A stretch of DNA of 64,000 nt from Antechinus flavipes (Eukaryota). Within the stretch, counting starts at the first letter, position 1. Every line of letters starts with the position of its first letter. Below the pieces are notes generated by a model, which ran no database searches, was not told the DNA's origin, and worked only from the letters and a program-made list of their open reading frames with translations. This document shows positions 20,191-33,119 of the stretch, piece by piece. Location: assembly GCF_016432865.1 (NCBI RefSeq), contig NC_067398.1:726454001-726518000 (forward strand), in the 5' to 3' direction. The position numbers and the translations under genes were made by a program.

Positions 20191-21569
20191 TCTCCCTTGC
20201 GGGGACATAGCTATCTGTGGGCTCTCTCCCTCATCAGACTGCGCCCCATTTCATTCGGGCTACTTGTCTCCCCCGGCTTCGGCACACAGTAGGTACTTAA
20301 TCCACGCTTGATGATTCCTCGGACTTTGAAGGATGGGGCCCGGATTTAGCAACCCTAGAGGAGGGGGGGAGCAGAGATTTCTCTGGTTTTTGCATCCTTG
20401 AATCCTATGTCTTTTCTTGCCTTTGAAGTTCCAATTCTGGGCGGAGCAGCAGGGAAATGAGGGGCTCTTCTTCCTTACCCAATCCTTGGGAGAGGGCGCC
20501 ATAGACGCGCATTAGAGACTCACCTGAATTAGAGAACTCGGGGAGACTGGTGGGCAACTGGCTTGCGTACAGCACCACCTGGTGGGCACGCCACCCATTT
20601 CACTCTCATTGTCAAGGCTCTGTTAGTAGGGATGGAGTTCTGCCTCTGTCACGCGGGATGTCCCAGGGCCCCACTCTGGGGAGCGGTGATCGTGGGAACA
20701 TCCTGCTCACTCCCGGGTGTGACGAGCAACTTGTTATTCACCTGCAATAAGTCCCCTGGAGGTATCCCCAAGGATGGCCTTAGGACTAAAGCGGGGGAAG
20801 GGGCCCCCAGAGCCGGCCTGCTCCTCCAGAATAGCTTGTCCCATTTCCTTTGGATGGGATCGCCAGCTCAGTGAGCAGGGGAGGGAGGAAGCGTACCCAG
20901 ATCTCAGAAAAGTACCCCGGGAGGCTGCCCTCCATGCTCTCGGGGAGCAGATGGGCATAGAACGCAGGCGGGGCCACAAGACAACGGCGGGACTCAGGAA
21001 GGTGGGTACAGGATGTCTGCTAACAGTCCCACCGCAGCTGGCCGGGGGTCGGAGCTCTGGTTTAGCCCTGTTCTCAGGGAATGGCCTAAAGGCACCAGGG
21101 CAAACCCCAAGCTGGGGTTAGACACAATAAGACCAAGCAGCAGAGTCTGGATCCAAAGGGCTCTCCCGCCTTGGACTGGGCCCAATAGGTGAAATTCATG
21201 AGGGATAAAGGCACTCTGGCAGAAGTGCTTTGCAGTCCAGGTCTACAAGAACAGCAGCGATTTTCTCAAAAAGAATGTGGGTCCCAGTGTTTACTGGAGC
21301 CAACAGGAGCCAAGAGACAATATGGCAGCCTGAAAAACCTGGGGCTGCAGGAAGAAAGGCACAGATTCCAGGACTGGACCTCCCTGGAGCCTGTGGTCAG
21401 TCCAGGGCTGCATCTCAGTTTAGGGAGGACATTGATAACCTGGGGGGGGGGGCGCCCAGGGAAGGCAGCCATCTTTGAGTTCTGCTAGAATTCACTGACA
21501 CATTTGGGTGTTTAGCCCAGAAAAGAGATGAAGGGGGCTGCAGGACATCATGTGAGAGACAGGCCCCGA

Positions 21570-21775
21570 GGAGTTGCCAGAGGGCACTTGGCCTGGAGTG
21601 CAGAAAACTCATCTCCCTGACTTCAAATCCAGCCTCGGCACTTGCTAGATGTGGGAAATCACTTAACTCTATCTCGGTTTCCTCATCTGTAAAAGAGCTG
21701 GAGAAGAAAATGGCAAAACCCCCTCCAGTATCTCTGCCAAGAAAATGAAGAGTTAGACACGACTGAAAACAAGTG
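21570..21775 (+). mobile_element. MAR1/MIR-family SINE
   Basis: TTCAAATCC box B remnant, CTCGGTTTCCTCATCTGTAAAA core, GGCAAAAC...CAGTATCTCTGCCAAGAAAA tail. Confidence 0.75.
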
Positions 21776-22399
21776 AAGGACATGTGAGAGACAAATCAGA
21801 CTTCCTCTATTTGGTCCCAGAAGACAGAACCAAGAACCATGGCTGGAAACTTGGCCAGTTTAAGCTTCAGGCAGGAAAAGCTTCCCCTTCTAACAGAGTA
21901 GTCACACCTTGAAGGGTCGGGAGGTCTCCAGCAGAAGCTGACCCGGTTACTCCCTCCTGGGCTGCCTTTGATCCCTGAGACTGCAGTTTGGTTGTGATGT
22001 GGCCAGGGTGGCCAATGAGAGCCTTGTCCTTGGAGCCTGAGGATGTCCTCCTCCCCCGTGTGGTCCTCGCATCCAAGGAATAGTGTCAAAGCGGGGAGAG
22101 CAGCGCCCGACCCTTTGTGACTGAGACAACTGGTTCCCCGCTCTGCTGTTGGGCCCATTGATGCCTCAGAAGCGGCCTAGTGGAAACTAGCCATGAGCCC
22201 CGAGGTTCATTTGCTTTCCCACAGACCCTTTGTCTTCCTTCCAGAGGGGGAACTGGAGCTGCTGGGGAGAAGGTAGAACCAGCCCCCTACTCCTCCAATT
22301 ACCAAAAAACCCAATTTTTAACATTTGAAAAAGTCTTGAGTTCCAAATTCTCTCCTCTCCCTCTCCTTCTCCTCCCTCCTCCCTGAGATGGTAAGCAAT

Positions 22400-22990
22400 C
22401 AGACATAGATTATGGATGTGCAATCATGGAAAACATTTCCATATTAGTCATTTGATACAAGAAGACTTGAAAGAAAGGAAGAAAGAAAATGAAAACACTA
22501 TGTTTTTCTGCATTCAGACGACATCCACTCTTTCTCCAGAGGAGGAGAGCATTTTTCCTCTTCAATCCTATCCAATGGTTTTTTCTGCATTCAGACGACA
22601 TCCGCTCTTTCTCCAGAGGAGGAGAGCATTTTTCCTCGTCAATCCTATCGAATGGTCTTGGCTCATTGTATTGCTAAGAATAGCAAAGTCAATCAGTTCT
22701 TCGTTGCTGTTGCTCTGTGCAATATTCTCCTATTCTGCTCATCTCCTTTTGCTCCAGTTCATGGAATTCTTTCCAAGTTTTTTCTGAAACCAGCCCATTT
22801 GTCATTTTCCTATCACAATCACATCCCGCAGCTTGCTCGCCCTTCCCCAGTGATGGTCATCCCCTCCGCTTCCAATCCTTCACCATCACAAAAAGGGGCG
22901 ACAGAAACATTTTCGTATAAATATGTTCTTTCTCTTCCCCTCTTGAAAGCTTTGTGGCTTCCTATTGCTTTTGTATTTATTCTTTCCCGA
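22400..22990 (-). mobile_element. L1 3' region relic with internal 77-bp tandem duplication
   Basis: Minus strand ggtttcagaaaaaacttggaaagaattccatgaactg; duplication at 22503-22655. Confidence 0.65.
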
Positions 22991-23895
22991 TCTTTAGGCA
23001 AGAAGGATTTTAAGAGCAAAATCCCCAGGTGACCACGGGGAGTTGGGAGACAAAAGGCTCACCAGTAACAAGTCAGCAGCAGCCAGGAGGTGGCTCGGGA
23101 GCAAAGGCAAAAGGGTGGCAGCTGAGCAGCTCAAGCTGCAGGGCTCTGAGGAGCTGCCAGACAAGAGCTGATAGATATCCTGTTCTTCTCCAGCACCAAT
23201 AGCTGGAGGGCTGGAGGGCTGGAGAGCTGGAAGGCTGGAGGGCTGGAGGGGCCGGGTCCAAGCAGTGGATTGTCTATCCAGTAGCTTAAATTTGTGCAAA
23301 ATATCCGCCCCGCCTCGCCAAGAAATTTCCAGAGTCACCTAACTCTAATCCTAAGCCTGAGATCTCATTGTTCAGTTTTAGTCATGTTCTTGGCAAAGAT
23401 ACTGCAGTGGTTTGCGATTTTCTTCTCCGGGTCATTTACAGATGAGAAATTGATTCAGATTATAGACCATGAGCATCTACAGATTTAAAAAAAAATAGTT
23501 ATAATTCAACATAACGAGTTTCCTTTGCAATTCTATGCATTTTTAATACATTTAAAATGAGACTTCACCAGACTGACTACCCAAGGTGTCCATGACACTA
23601 AGAAAAGGCTAGGGGGACAGGGGAAGGTAGGCCCGGCATATCCAGCCAAGGGGGTGACCCACACCATGGGGAGCCCCTTTGCTGGAAGATCTTCCTCCCC
23701 TTTTGGGGCTCTCTTGAGAAGTTCTTTTTGGCCATGGCTAGCTCTCCTCTACGCTCCCTGCAGAATCCTGAAGCTGCCCTTCCTCTGGTTTCTAGTTGAC
23801 CACCAATTCCAGTGTAGATCCTGCCACCAATCACTGAAGCTCTAGGGATAGGACACCAATGAGAAGTCCAGAGCCTCCAACACTTTAAAGGTTAC

Positions 23896-24488
23896 TGTAA
23901 TGCGCCAGAACTCTGAACTTGAAACAAGGATACTTACAAGGTGCTAACTCAGTGGAATTGATAAGACCATGGTTATCTGGTTTAGCGTCGTGCTCAATAG
24001 CTCTATAGTTCAGTAGGACTGGATTAATCTTACTACAAATAATGGTCAACTAGTGATATAATGACTGGCTTATACTCAGTATACTATAAATGATCTAATT
24101 ACAATAGAGCATATAAATTGGGACAAACTCAGCCAGGGTCAGACTTGGGGAAGACAAGGACTTGGAAAGAGCTCAGAGAGAGACTCGGAAGGGGACTGGA
24201 ACAGACTGGGGGAAGGGCTAGAGGCTCCAGCTAGAGGCTAGAGCACAAGCTCCCAGATTCGGGGAGATTTCAAGACAGAGATCGCAGTGGTCCTCCTGCC
24301 TTCCCCACAGAAACCAAGACACCTTCCGGAGGACCTCCAGAAAGCTGGCCCCGGCCCCAGGCAAGGAGACAGACCGTGAAGGAGACAATAAAGGATTTGG
24401 ACTTTATCCCCGGCCATTCTCGTGGGGATTGCTCTGCTGAAACGAAAGATGGTCCAGAGGCCTTCAGAAAACCAACCAGAACACTACA
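23896..24488 (+). mobile_element. Solo LTR (~593 bp), endogenous retrovirus
   Basis: TGTA...TACA termini; 6-bp TSD ggttac/gtttac (1 mismatch); TATAAA at 24112-24117 and AATAAA at 24387-24392 in U3-R-U5 order. Confidence 0.8.
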
Positions 24489-25728
24489 GTTTACAAGCTC
24501 AATTTATGGTAGGAAGAAAAGGGACCCATTGAAATCTGACTTCAGACACTGAACAACAGATCCCAGGTCAAGACCCCGGATCACAGTTTGGGGCCTGACT
24601 GACTCAGAGTGAGTGCAGAAGTCACAATCGTTTCTGTTTTGGCCAGAAAGTTGGCGGGGCTTCCCCTCCCAGATTTATTTACTTATTTGTTTAGTTTTGG
24701 TTTTGACCACTTGAAACAGGCCATTCTTTGCCTCAGTGGCTCCCTGGCCTCAATCACTGAATGGGTGTTGCCTCAGTCAAGCCGAGACCTGTTGAAGACC
24801 TCAGCTTAAAAAGGCCTAGGTCCCCTATTGCATCCAGAGCAATTTCTATAGCTTGCCACTGGACCCAGATGCTCTGGAGGGGAAACTGAGGTAGGGGACC
24901 CCGCACAGCCCTTTCTCGCTTCGATCCAGTCCCCTCATTTGTCATGGTGTCCTTGCTGTCCTGGTCCTCTCAGAGAAGGGAGGCGGAACAACAACAGTGA
25001 GAGAGCGTGAGCCCTCTTCTGCGCTGCCCCCGCCCAGCCTCCTCCTTAGGCACTTTGGCAAGGCCAGAGCCAAGCAGACAAACCCCAGCCCTGCTCTGGC
25101 TGTCGCGTCTTCCCCAGTTTCCTTGGGAGCAGCCGCCGGCCTCCCTGGCCCCGAGGGGCCGGCTTCCCGGGCGTTGTCTGTGCAGGCCAGGTCCACTCCA
25201 CCCTCTCTGAGTCAGCCCTTTCCTGCTGACCTTCCCCGTGCTTCTCTCCATCCTTCTGGGATTCCGCCGCCCCAGGATTCGCTGGGAGGACTCCCTGTAA
25301 GGGTGTTTGAAGGGCCGTCTGGGAGGGCTCGGTGAGCCTCTGCTTTTGGGCCTCCTGGTCAGCTCGGCCCTGGCCACTCCCTCTCATCCAAAGGCCCTTT
25401 GTCTGGCCTGGGTCCCTAGGTTCTGACTGCCCGCGCCTGTTAATTGCTTCAGCAGAGCCATTTTCACTTGGAACACGCTTATCCCGGGAATTCCTTCCAA
25501 GGTGGGAGATGGCCGAGCCCGGGCACACACGAGCCCGCTAGTGACCGCTGTGGCCCAGAGGTGCAGCCCCCTTAGGGAGGGGCCGTGACCGCCCCCTCCG
25601 GGGCTGAGCCCGGCTCTGTGGGCGGGCTGGTCTCATTCCACTGCCACACAGAAGGGTATGGAGACCGCCAAGCATTTGCCTCTGTCCAAATTTCTTAAGT
25701 CCTTAGTAGCCATAAGAAGTACCTGCCT

Positions 25729-25873
25729 GGGGCAGCTAGGTGGCGCAGTGGGTAGAGCACCAGCCCTGAAGTCAGGAGGACTGGAGTTCAAATCTGACCT
25801 CAGACACTTAACACGTCTTGGCTGTGTGACCCTGAGCAAGTCACTTAACCCCAACTGCCTCAGAAAAAAAAAA
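25729..25873 (+). mobile_element. Marsupial tRNA-derived CORE-SINE (WSINE1-like), full length
   Basis: GGGGCAGCTAGGTGGCGCAGTGG head (box A), GTTCAAATC box B, core GTGTGACCCTGAGCAAGTCACTTAACCC, A-tail. Confidence 0.9.
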
Positions 25874-27339
25874 GCCCTATCATCTTCCCTCCTTCCCCCC
25901 CCCCCCCCAGATGGCCCCATACCTGACTAAGCCAAGGGACTTCACCACTCTGGGCAGGCACATAATTTGACAAGTTCTCGCTAAGTGGGAAAGCCCCCAA
26001 TCCCAGAATTCACCTGGACCACGTCAGAAATCTCCATTCCAGACCCCCAAATGACCCGCGGCTCTGCCTGAGGACATCTGAGAAGGGGCTGCCGCGGCGC
26101 CCCTCCCCCCTGCTGGGTTCTGAGACAGTCCTCCCCTCCCAGGGCAGCCACACATTGAGGTGAATCATAGCTGGGCAGGCTGAGAGGGCACGCGGCAGCT
26201 TGCACCCGTCTGGCTACCGCATGAAAGAAGGAATCCGTGCAGGGGCAGCACGTGAAGAAGGAAACTGTAGAGGGGCTGATGGGAGAAAGTGACGGGCCCT
26301 GAAGGGCTCTCCCGGGACTGAGGGACAGGCGGGGGGACTGAGGAATGGACTGTGAGGGATGGCCGGGGACTGAGGGACTGAGGCTCAGCCGGGGACTGAG
26401 GAATGGTTGCGGACCGAGGGGCGGCCAGGGACCAGAGGCTGCAGGGGACCGAGGGACTGAGAGCAGCCCAGGCCTTCCCTGGCGTCCCTGCCCATAACGC
26501 CACCTGCTCGTTCTGTACCCAGATTGCACCTCGGACGAGGAGGCCCAGGATTACTGAGAGTCGCCAGAAAGTGGGATCTGGGCCAAAGCCAAACTTCCAA
26601 GTGGATGATGGGGCTTTTCCAGCTGGCGGATCCGGGCGACTGGGAGCACGTGAGAAACTACATGTAGGGGAAGCAGGAAAAGGGCCGTGAACCCAGAGAG
26701 GCCGGCCTTGCGCCCGAAAAGGCTCAGTTCTATAAGGAAATGGGGCCGTGTTGTCCGAAAAAAAGGGGCGGGCGGGGCGCGGCACCAGAGAAGCTCCCTT
26801 CTGGTAGGAGACCCGGGAAGAAAAGATCCAGCTCTCTCTCAATCCAGCTAGGAGGAGGATGGAGCAGAGATTCAGCGCCAGCCAGCTCCGCCCCCTCAGC
26901 TCCGCCCCCCACCTCCAGGCCAGTCAGCTCTGCCCCCTTCTGCACTTCCCCCCCACAGGCCAGTCAGCTCGGCTCCCTCCAGCACCGCCCATGGGCACTA
27001 GAGGTACCTCCAAGGGCCGTGATGAGTAGCAGACAAGGGGCCACGGCTGTCGGGCTTTCCAGCCTCCGAGCTTTTCTTGCTGCTGGTACTGGGGTTTCCA
27101 CCGAGGGCTGTGGGCGTGAGGCCGCTCACTAGGGCCTGAGGAGACTGGGAGAGAGAGAGGGGACGCGCCGGCGTTTGGCCGGGGAGAAACCATGGGGGGC
27201 GGCAGGTCGGGGAAGGGGGAAGTGGGGGAAGGATTCGGGAGGGGGCGGGGGACACTTCCCCCACCAGGCCGCGTTAATACAGTTCCAGAGGAAGCAAGAG
27301 GAAGGAGGGGGAGAGCTGGAGCCCCACCTCGTCCAATTT

Positions 27340-27625
27340 GCACACACGTGTGCACACGCTCTCCTGCGACACTCACACGCATGAGCACGTGCACAGACTC
27401 TCCTACAACGCGCACACACGTGGACACGCTCTCCTGCGACGCACACACGTGCACACATCTGCACAAATGTACCTCGTTCTACAGCGCACACACGAGCTCG
27501 TCCACGGACTCTCCCACAACACGCGCACCCATGCACACGCACACGTACGCCACGTGCACGGCGCCCCTGCACACACTTCCCAAACGCACACACGCTCTTC
27601 TACAACCCACACAACACACACGCTT
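27340..27625. repeat. CpG-rich degenerate CA-type repeat with five CACGTG E-boxes
   Basis: cacacgtgcacacgctctcctgcgac-like units. Confidence 0.75.
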
Positions 27626-28269
27626 CCGGACTCGCACGCGGCGGAATTGCCGAACGAATACGCGGCTCCCGACACCCAGCCAGGGAATGGGCAGAAAAGA
27701 AGGACGGGGGAGGGGGGGGGGGAAGAGTACCCCGAGCTAAAACCGCTAAGGGGGTGGAGCGCCCTGGGGGAAAGCGAGACAAAGGCTAAGAAGTGAGCTG
27801 GGCTGGGGATGAGGAGGAGAGGTTCCCCCCCCCCCCCCTCCGCTCTTCCCTCCTCTTCCCCGCAAAGTCTATAAGGAGACAGGCGGCCCGAGGCCCCGGG
27901 CTTGGGCTGTAACGTGCACTCCCGACGCTGGGGCGACAGAAGAAGGCCCCTTTGGGGGCCGCTGCCCGCCAGCGGTTCTTGTTTTTCATCAGGTGGAGTT
28001 TATCGAAAGGTTTTTTCTTTCTTACAATTGGGAATTGGGAGGGAGAGAAGGTAGATTTTTGTCGATTGGAGAAATAATATTAACTTTAAAAATGAGTTTC
28101 AGTTGAATGCAAATTAGATAGTTGAGTGGCAGCTAGAAAACCTTTGGAGCAAGTTTCTCTTCTACCAGTCTCGTTTCCAAGGCGAACGAGGAATAGATTC
28201 AAGTTTATAAAGAATCAGAGCTGAATTTCCCAACAATAAATGGCGGAGGAACACGAATAGGCAGTTTGC

Positions 28270-28399
28270 TTTTTCTTTTTTGCTGAGGCATTTGAGGTTA
28301 AGTGACTTGCCCAGGGTCACACAGCTAGGCCGTGTTAAGTTTCTGAAGCCGGATTTGAACTCAGGTCCTGCCGACTTCAGGGCTGGTGCTCTATCTACG
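28270..28399 (-). mobile_element. Marsupial CORE-SINE (WSINE1-like)
   Basis: Reverse complement of the same SINE (ttttgctgaggca...gatttgaactcaggtcc). Confidence 0.85.
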
Positions 28400-28419
28400 A
28401 ATTGGCAGTTTTCTAAAGG

Positions 28420-29290
28420 GCAAAAACCAAGCTCGCTATCACTAGCTATGTGTAAAAAACTCTCCTGGAGAAATGAAAATTAAAGCAACTCTAAGGTTCT
28501 CGGGCCTGCCTCTCAAGATGGGCAAAGTCGACCAAAAGGGAAAATGACAGATGCTGGAGGAGCTGGGGGGGAAAGCACATTAACGTGTGCTTGACACATG
28601 AACTGATCCAGCTCTTCTGAAAACATGGAGACTCTACCCACCAAACTTTATAACCAAAGACACCAAAGGAAGAGCATGTTTGTGCACAAAAAAGTTTTAC
28701 TCTGTCGTTTTTGTGGTGGGAAAAAATCGTGGAAACTCAGGGGGACGTCAGTGAGGGCTGGTCACTCGAGTTTATGGTCTGCCAAGGGTTATTATCGTGT
28801 ATATAGAAGGCTAAAAGGAAGTTCCAGAGAGATAGGAGATCCACACACAGTGAAGCGAGCAGAAAAAGAACCACTTTGGGGACTTTATTTTCAAAATGCA
28901 TGTAACGATAGTTTTCCACATTCATCCCTGCAAAACCTTGTGTTTTTCTCCCTCCCTTCCCCCCAGCCCCGTTCTCTTGAGTAATCCAATATAGGTTAAG
29001 CAGGTGCATTCAAGAAGAACTATTGATAAAATAAAAGCAACAGCGCAAAGACAAGTTGGAGACTGAAAAACCCGGATGGACGCAGACCCATTGTGATGGC
29101 GAAGGATTCACCAGAGGCAGCTCTTCAGCTGCTGATGGAGGCGGCAGAAGGCGACCTCCGCTTTTAGATTTTTGCCCATGTCTGACGGGGAATTGCTTTG
29201 TCTTTTTTTTTTCCTACGGTGGAGAGAGATGAGGAGAGAAAAAATGTTTAATTGAAGCCAAGGGAAGGCATAAAGAAAATATTAACGGGG
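28420..29290 (+). mobile_element. L1 ORF2 3' end and 3' UTR relic
   Basis: CTGATCCAGCTCTTCTG...TTTGTGGTGGGAAAAAATCGTGGAAACT...GAAAGTTTTAATTG-type terminal segments. Confidence 0.65.
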
Positions 29291-29489
29291 AAGTGGGGGA
29301 GACCCGGGTGTGTGGGGGGGAAGTAGGGAAGGGAAGGAAGTAGGGAGGGAAGCAATAAATAAGGAGAGGATGAATATTAGGGAGAGAAGCGGGGAGATGA
29401 GGCTGGAGGTTGGGTAGGGAGGGAGAGGTGAGTGCTCCGGGCCCGGATGGGGGCTCCAGCGTTCAGAGCTCCTCCTCCATCCCGCGGCC

Positions 29490-29710
29490 TCCACGGTTTT
29501 TTTCTTTTTTCTTTTTAAAATTTTTAATAGCTTTTTATTCACAAGTTATATGCATGGGTAATTTGTCAGCATTGACAATTGCCAAACCTTTTGTTCCAAT
29601 TTTTCCCCTCCTTCCCCCCACCCCCTCCCCTAGATGGCAGGATGACCAATACATGTTAAATATATTAGAGTATAAATTAAATACAAAATAAGTATACATG
29701 TCCAAACACA
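29490..29710 (-). mobile_element. Truncated L1 3' end
   Basis: T-rich tail, tttttattcacaag...ccctcccctagatggcagg, typical of dasyurid L1 3' UTR as recalled. Confidence 0.7.
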
Positions 29711-30191
29711 GTGGACCGCGTCTGTATGCCCACGGCCCTTCCCACTGGCGATGACCATCGAAACATGGGTTGTCCAGAGTCCTGCAGCTATTCCCTGCCT
29801 GCTTTCTACCAACCCCACGGGTGACTTAGCGGGGTCTCGGACACGTTAGAGATGATGTGCTCCCGGGCTGCCTCCAGCCATGTGGTGGCTCAGCACTGAA
29901 TGGTGGTCCTTTTATCCCCCATCCCCACCCCAGGAGGACAATAGTGGAGAAAGGAGTCGTGCTCTTTAAAAAGAAGCAACCGCTTGCAGCCCATTCTGGA
30001 GAGCCCAGAGATTTCTGGGGCAATGAATGGAGCTGCCTGGCGGTGAGGGAAGGCTTGGCACCACAGAGCCAGCTACTACCAGAGGAGGAGCCCAAGCTGT
30101 TGGCTTGGCTTGCCAAAAGCCACGGACTCTCCAGGAAACAGTGTAAGAGAAACATAACTGTGGATAACGGCTTCAGGCTCTCATTGGTTTT

Positions 30192-30334
30192 CATTTTTGC
30201 TGAGGCAGTTGGGGTTCATGACTTGCCCAGGGTCACACAGCTAGGAAATAGTAAGTGTCTGAGGCTGGATTTGAACTTAGGTCCTCCCAACTTCAGGGCT
30301 GGTGCTCTAAACACTGTGCCATCTAGCTGCCCCT
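30192..30334 (-). mobile_element. Marsupial CORE-SINE (WSINE1-like) with 13-bp TSD
   Basis: Full SINE; tctcattggtttt duplicated at 30179-30191 and 30335-30347. Confidence 0.9.
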
Positions 30335-30439
30335 TCTCATTGGTTTTTATATCCGTCTCCCAGCAGATTGGAAGAATAAGATAAGCATTCCTACCTGTGT
30401 ATTCTTTGTTGTTTCATTATCTTCAGTCCCGTCTGACTC

Positions 30440-30645
30440 TTTGAGACTTCTCTGCAGGGAATTGGCAAAGACACTGGAATGGTTTGCCATTTTCTTCTCT
30501 GGCTCGTTTTACAGATGAGGAAACTGAGGTAGACTCGATTAAGTGACTCACCCAGGGTCACACAGCTAGTATCTGAGGCTGGATCTGAACTTAGGTTCTC
30601 CTGACTCCAAGCCCAATGTCTACCCACTGTGCCGCTAAGCTGCCC
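30440..30645 (-). mobile_element. MAR1/MIR-family SINE
   Basis: ttggcaaagacactggaatggtttgcc...tttacagatgaggaaactgagg...cagctagt core on the reverse strand. Confidence 0.75.
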
Positions 30646-32258
30646 TATTATATTCTGGGAGTATCCCAATCTTTAGCACTTCTGTATAGGAAATAAATGC
30701 CTGTCCTTCATACTCACATGATGCTGACATCACAGCGCACAGAGCACGAGCCTGCACGCACAAAGATCTGAGTTCAAATGTGGCCTCAGACACTTCTAGC
30801 TTTGGGAACCTGAGGCAAGTCAGTCGGCCTCATCCAAACTGGCGCTGGAATGGCACCCACCTCCCGGGGTTGCAAGGATTGAGGGAAATCCCCTCTGAAG
30901 CGCTTTGTGGACCTTCGGGGAGTCTGCAGACGTGTGCTGTTCTTAGCAAAGACCCTCGAATTTCTTTTTGCGAAGATCTGGAGAAGTTTTGGATAACTCG
31001 TCCCCAGGGGTGGGATTGGGGCCCTGGAGCCCAGGGGCACAGAGCAGGACGGAGGGGTGCCCCGGCCCAGCCTCCTGGGCCACCTTTGCGGGTCTGCGGA
31101 GAGGAAGCGGCAGCCTCTTCTGCACATTTCTCCAATTACGACTGGTCTTCTGGAGAGCGTACCCTTTGGGAGTATTCTGTCACAAACTGCTCCTCTCCTC
31201 TAGCCCATTCCCTGGAGACGGCTCCCGTGGCTGGGCAGCCGGGACTCTTGAGCTACAACAGAGGCCAGAATGCCGGGAATCCACAGAACGACGGAGTCCG
31301 TGTGGGCCCAGGTCAGCAGAGAGAGCCGGCGAGAGTGATCTGCCGAGAGCGATCTGCCACCGTGAGGGATGCCCGCGAGGAAACTAAAGAGCCAGGGCTG
31401 GAAGACTAAGCCTATGCGGATGACCACCCTCCTCTGATGGGTGAGGAACTTGCCCAGGGTCACACAGTGAGTCACTGGCAGAACCAGCGTGCTTCACCTC
31501 AATGCCTCCCGAGGAGACAGGCCGGTGACGTGGCAAGATGGGCCCTCCATCTTGGAGGGAGGGGTCCTTCCTTCGGCTCATCAGTTTGGGGGGTGGGCAC
31601 CAGCACCAGACCTTGGGGAGAGGCTCTGCAGGACAACTTGACCTGGAATCCTAGGGAGGGAGAGACAGGCCTCAAAGACCTGGAGGGCTGGCCACCTGTA
31701 GCAGTGGAAAGCCTGTGTCCACATGAAGGAGCTGGAGACAATGGGTGCACCTTTGAGAGCTACAGAAACCGGACTGAGATGCTTCTTCTTACTTTGGGCA
31801 CTCATGTGACTTATCCCTTGTTTATGTGGAGCATAAGTTGGGAAGTCCGCCAGCAGCAGCCAGAGGAGGCCAGAGGCGGGAGAAGGGTCTGAAGGCGAGT
31901 GGGGGCAGTCAGAGATCAGAGGCAGAGGGCACCAGGCAGAGGGAGAAGTCAGAGGCCAGAGGGGACCCTAAGAAACAGGTCAGAGGAGGGTTATCCGAGA
32001 ATTCAGGCCCAAGGAGGAGAAAAGAGGCCGGAGGAAGCCAGGAGAATCCCAGCTGAAGAGCAGAAATATAGGAAGGGCCAGAGGCCGCAGGAGATTGGAC
32101 CAGATGGCCGGAGGCCAAGGAATGGAGCTCCGAGGCTGGAGGACAACAGGAGAGTCTGGGAGCGTGACTCAGAGGAGGCAGGCGCGCAGGGGGCGGCTTG
32201 GGATCCCAGCCAGCCCCACACTGGGGGCTTCCTGTGGTCTAGTTCTGGGCCCAGCTCC

Positions 32259-32259
<1 letters not shown>

Positions 32260-32302
<43 letters not shown>

Positions 32303-32670
32303 CAGTAACAGATGGAGACAGAGACAGAGAGTCAAAGCTAGAGACAGAGACAGAGATGGAAAGAGACAAAGACAGAGACAGAGACTGAGAGAAAAAGACA
32401 AAGACACAGAGATAAAGACAGAGACAGAGAGTCAAAGCTAGAGACAGAGACAGAGATGGAAAGAGACAAAGACAGAGACAGAGACTGAGAGAAAAAGACA
32501 AAGACACAGAGATAAAGACAGAGACAGAGAGTCAAAGATAGAGACAGAGACAGAGATGGAAAGAGACAAAGACAGAGACAAAGATGGAGACAGAGACTGA
32601 GAGAAAAAGACAAAGACAGACAGAGATAAAGACAGAGACAGAGAGACAAAGACAGAAACAGAGACAAACA
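32260..32670. repeat. (TG)n followed by (GAGACA)n compound repeat with ~80-bp duplicated blocks
   Basis: Visible in sequence. Confidence 0.85.
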
Positions 32671-33119
32671 TCAGCTGGTGTCCGGGCTGGCCAGGTTAGA
32701 CCGGTCACAAATGGCCCCCCATCCTCTGTGGCCATATGAAGCTTCCTGTTTGGAGAGTGTCCAGCTCCCCCTGGGCCAGGACCAGCTGATTCCCCCCTGG
32801 ATGTCTACTGCTGGGTCCTAGGGTCCCAGCCCCAGCCCTTTCCCCTACCCCCTGCCTCTGACCCCCTGCTCCTCCACACACCTAGCCCCCCTCCAGCTGT
32901 GCCCCCCCCAGGCACTGCGGGCCCACCCTTGGGGGGATGTCTATTATGGAGCAGGGCGGGAGCAGGGCGGGAGCAGGGCACCTTCCAGATGTGGGGGGAG
33001 GGCAGAGGCAGGCTGCCCCATGGCTCCCCCCTCCTTACTCAGAGGGGGGTAGGGAGAGAGGGAGAGAGAACAAAAGGCAGGCTGGGTGCTGGTGGAGGGG
33101 GGCAGGGCCGGGCCCGGAT

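Noticed and set aside
19390-20208. RETPPPSP-repeat ORFs
   Set aside because: Translations of the 25-bp minisatellite.
23205-23250. GCTGGAGG repeats resembling the bacterial Chi site
   Set aside because: One mismatch from Chi, in a mammalian LTR-like relic; no RecBCD context.
25729-25873. tRNA-like A/B boxes
   Set aside because: These are SINE heads followed by a CORE domain and poly(A), not cloverleaf tRNA genes.
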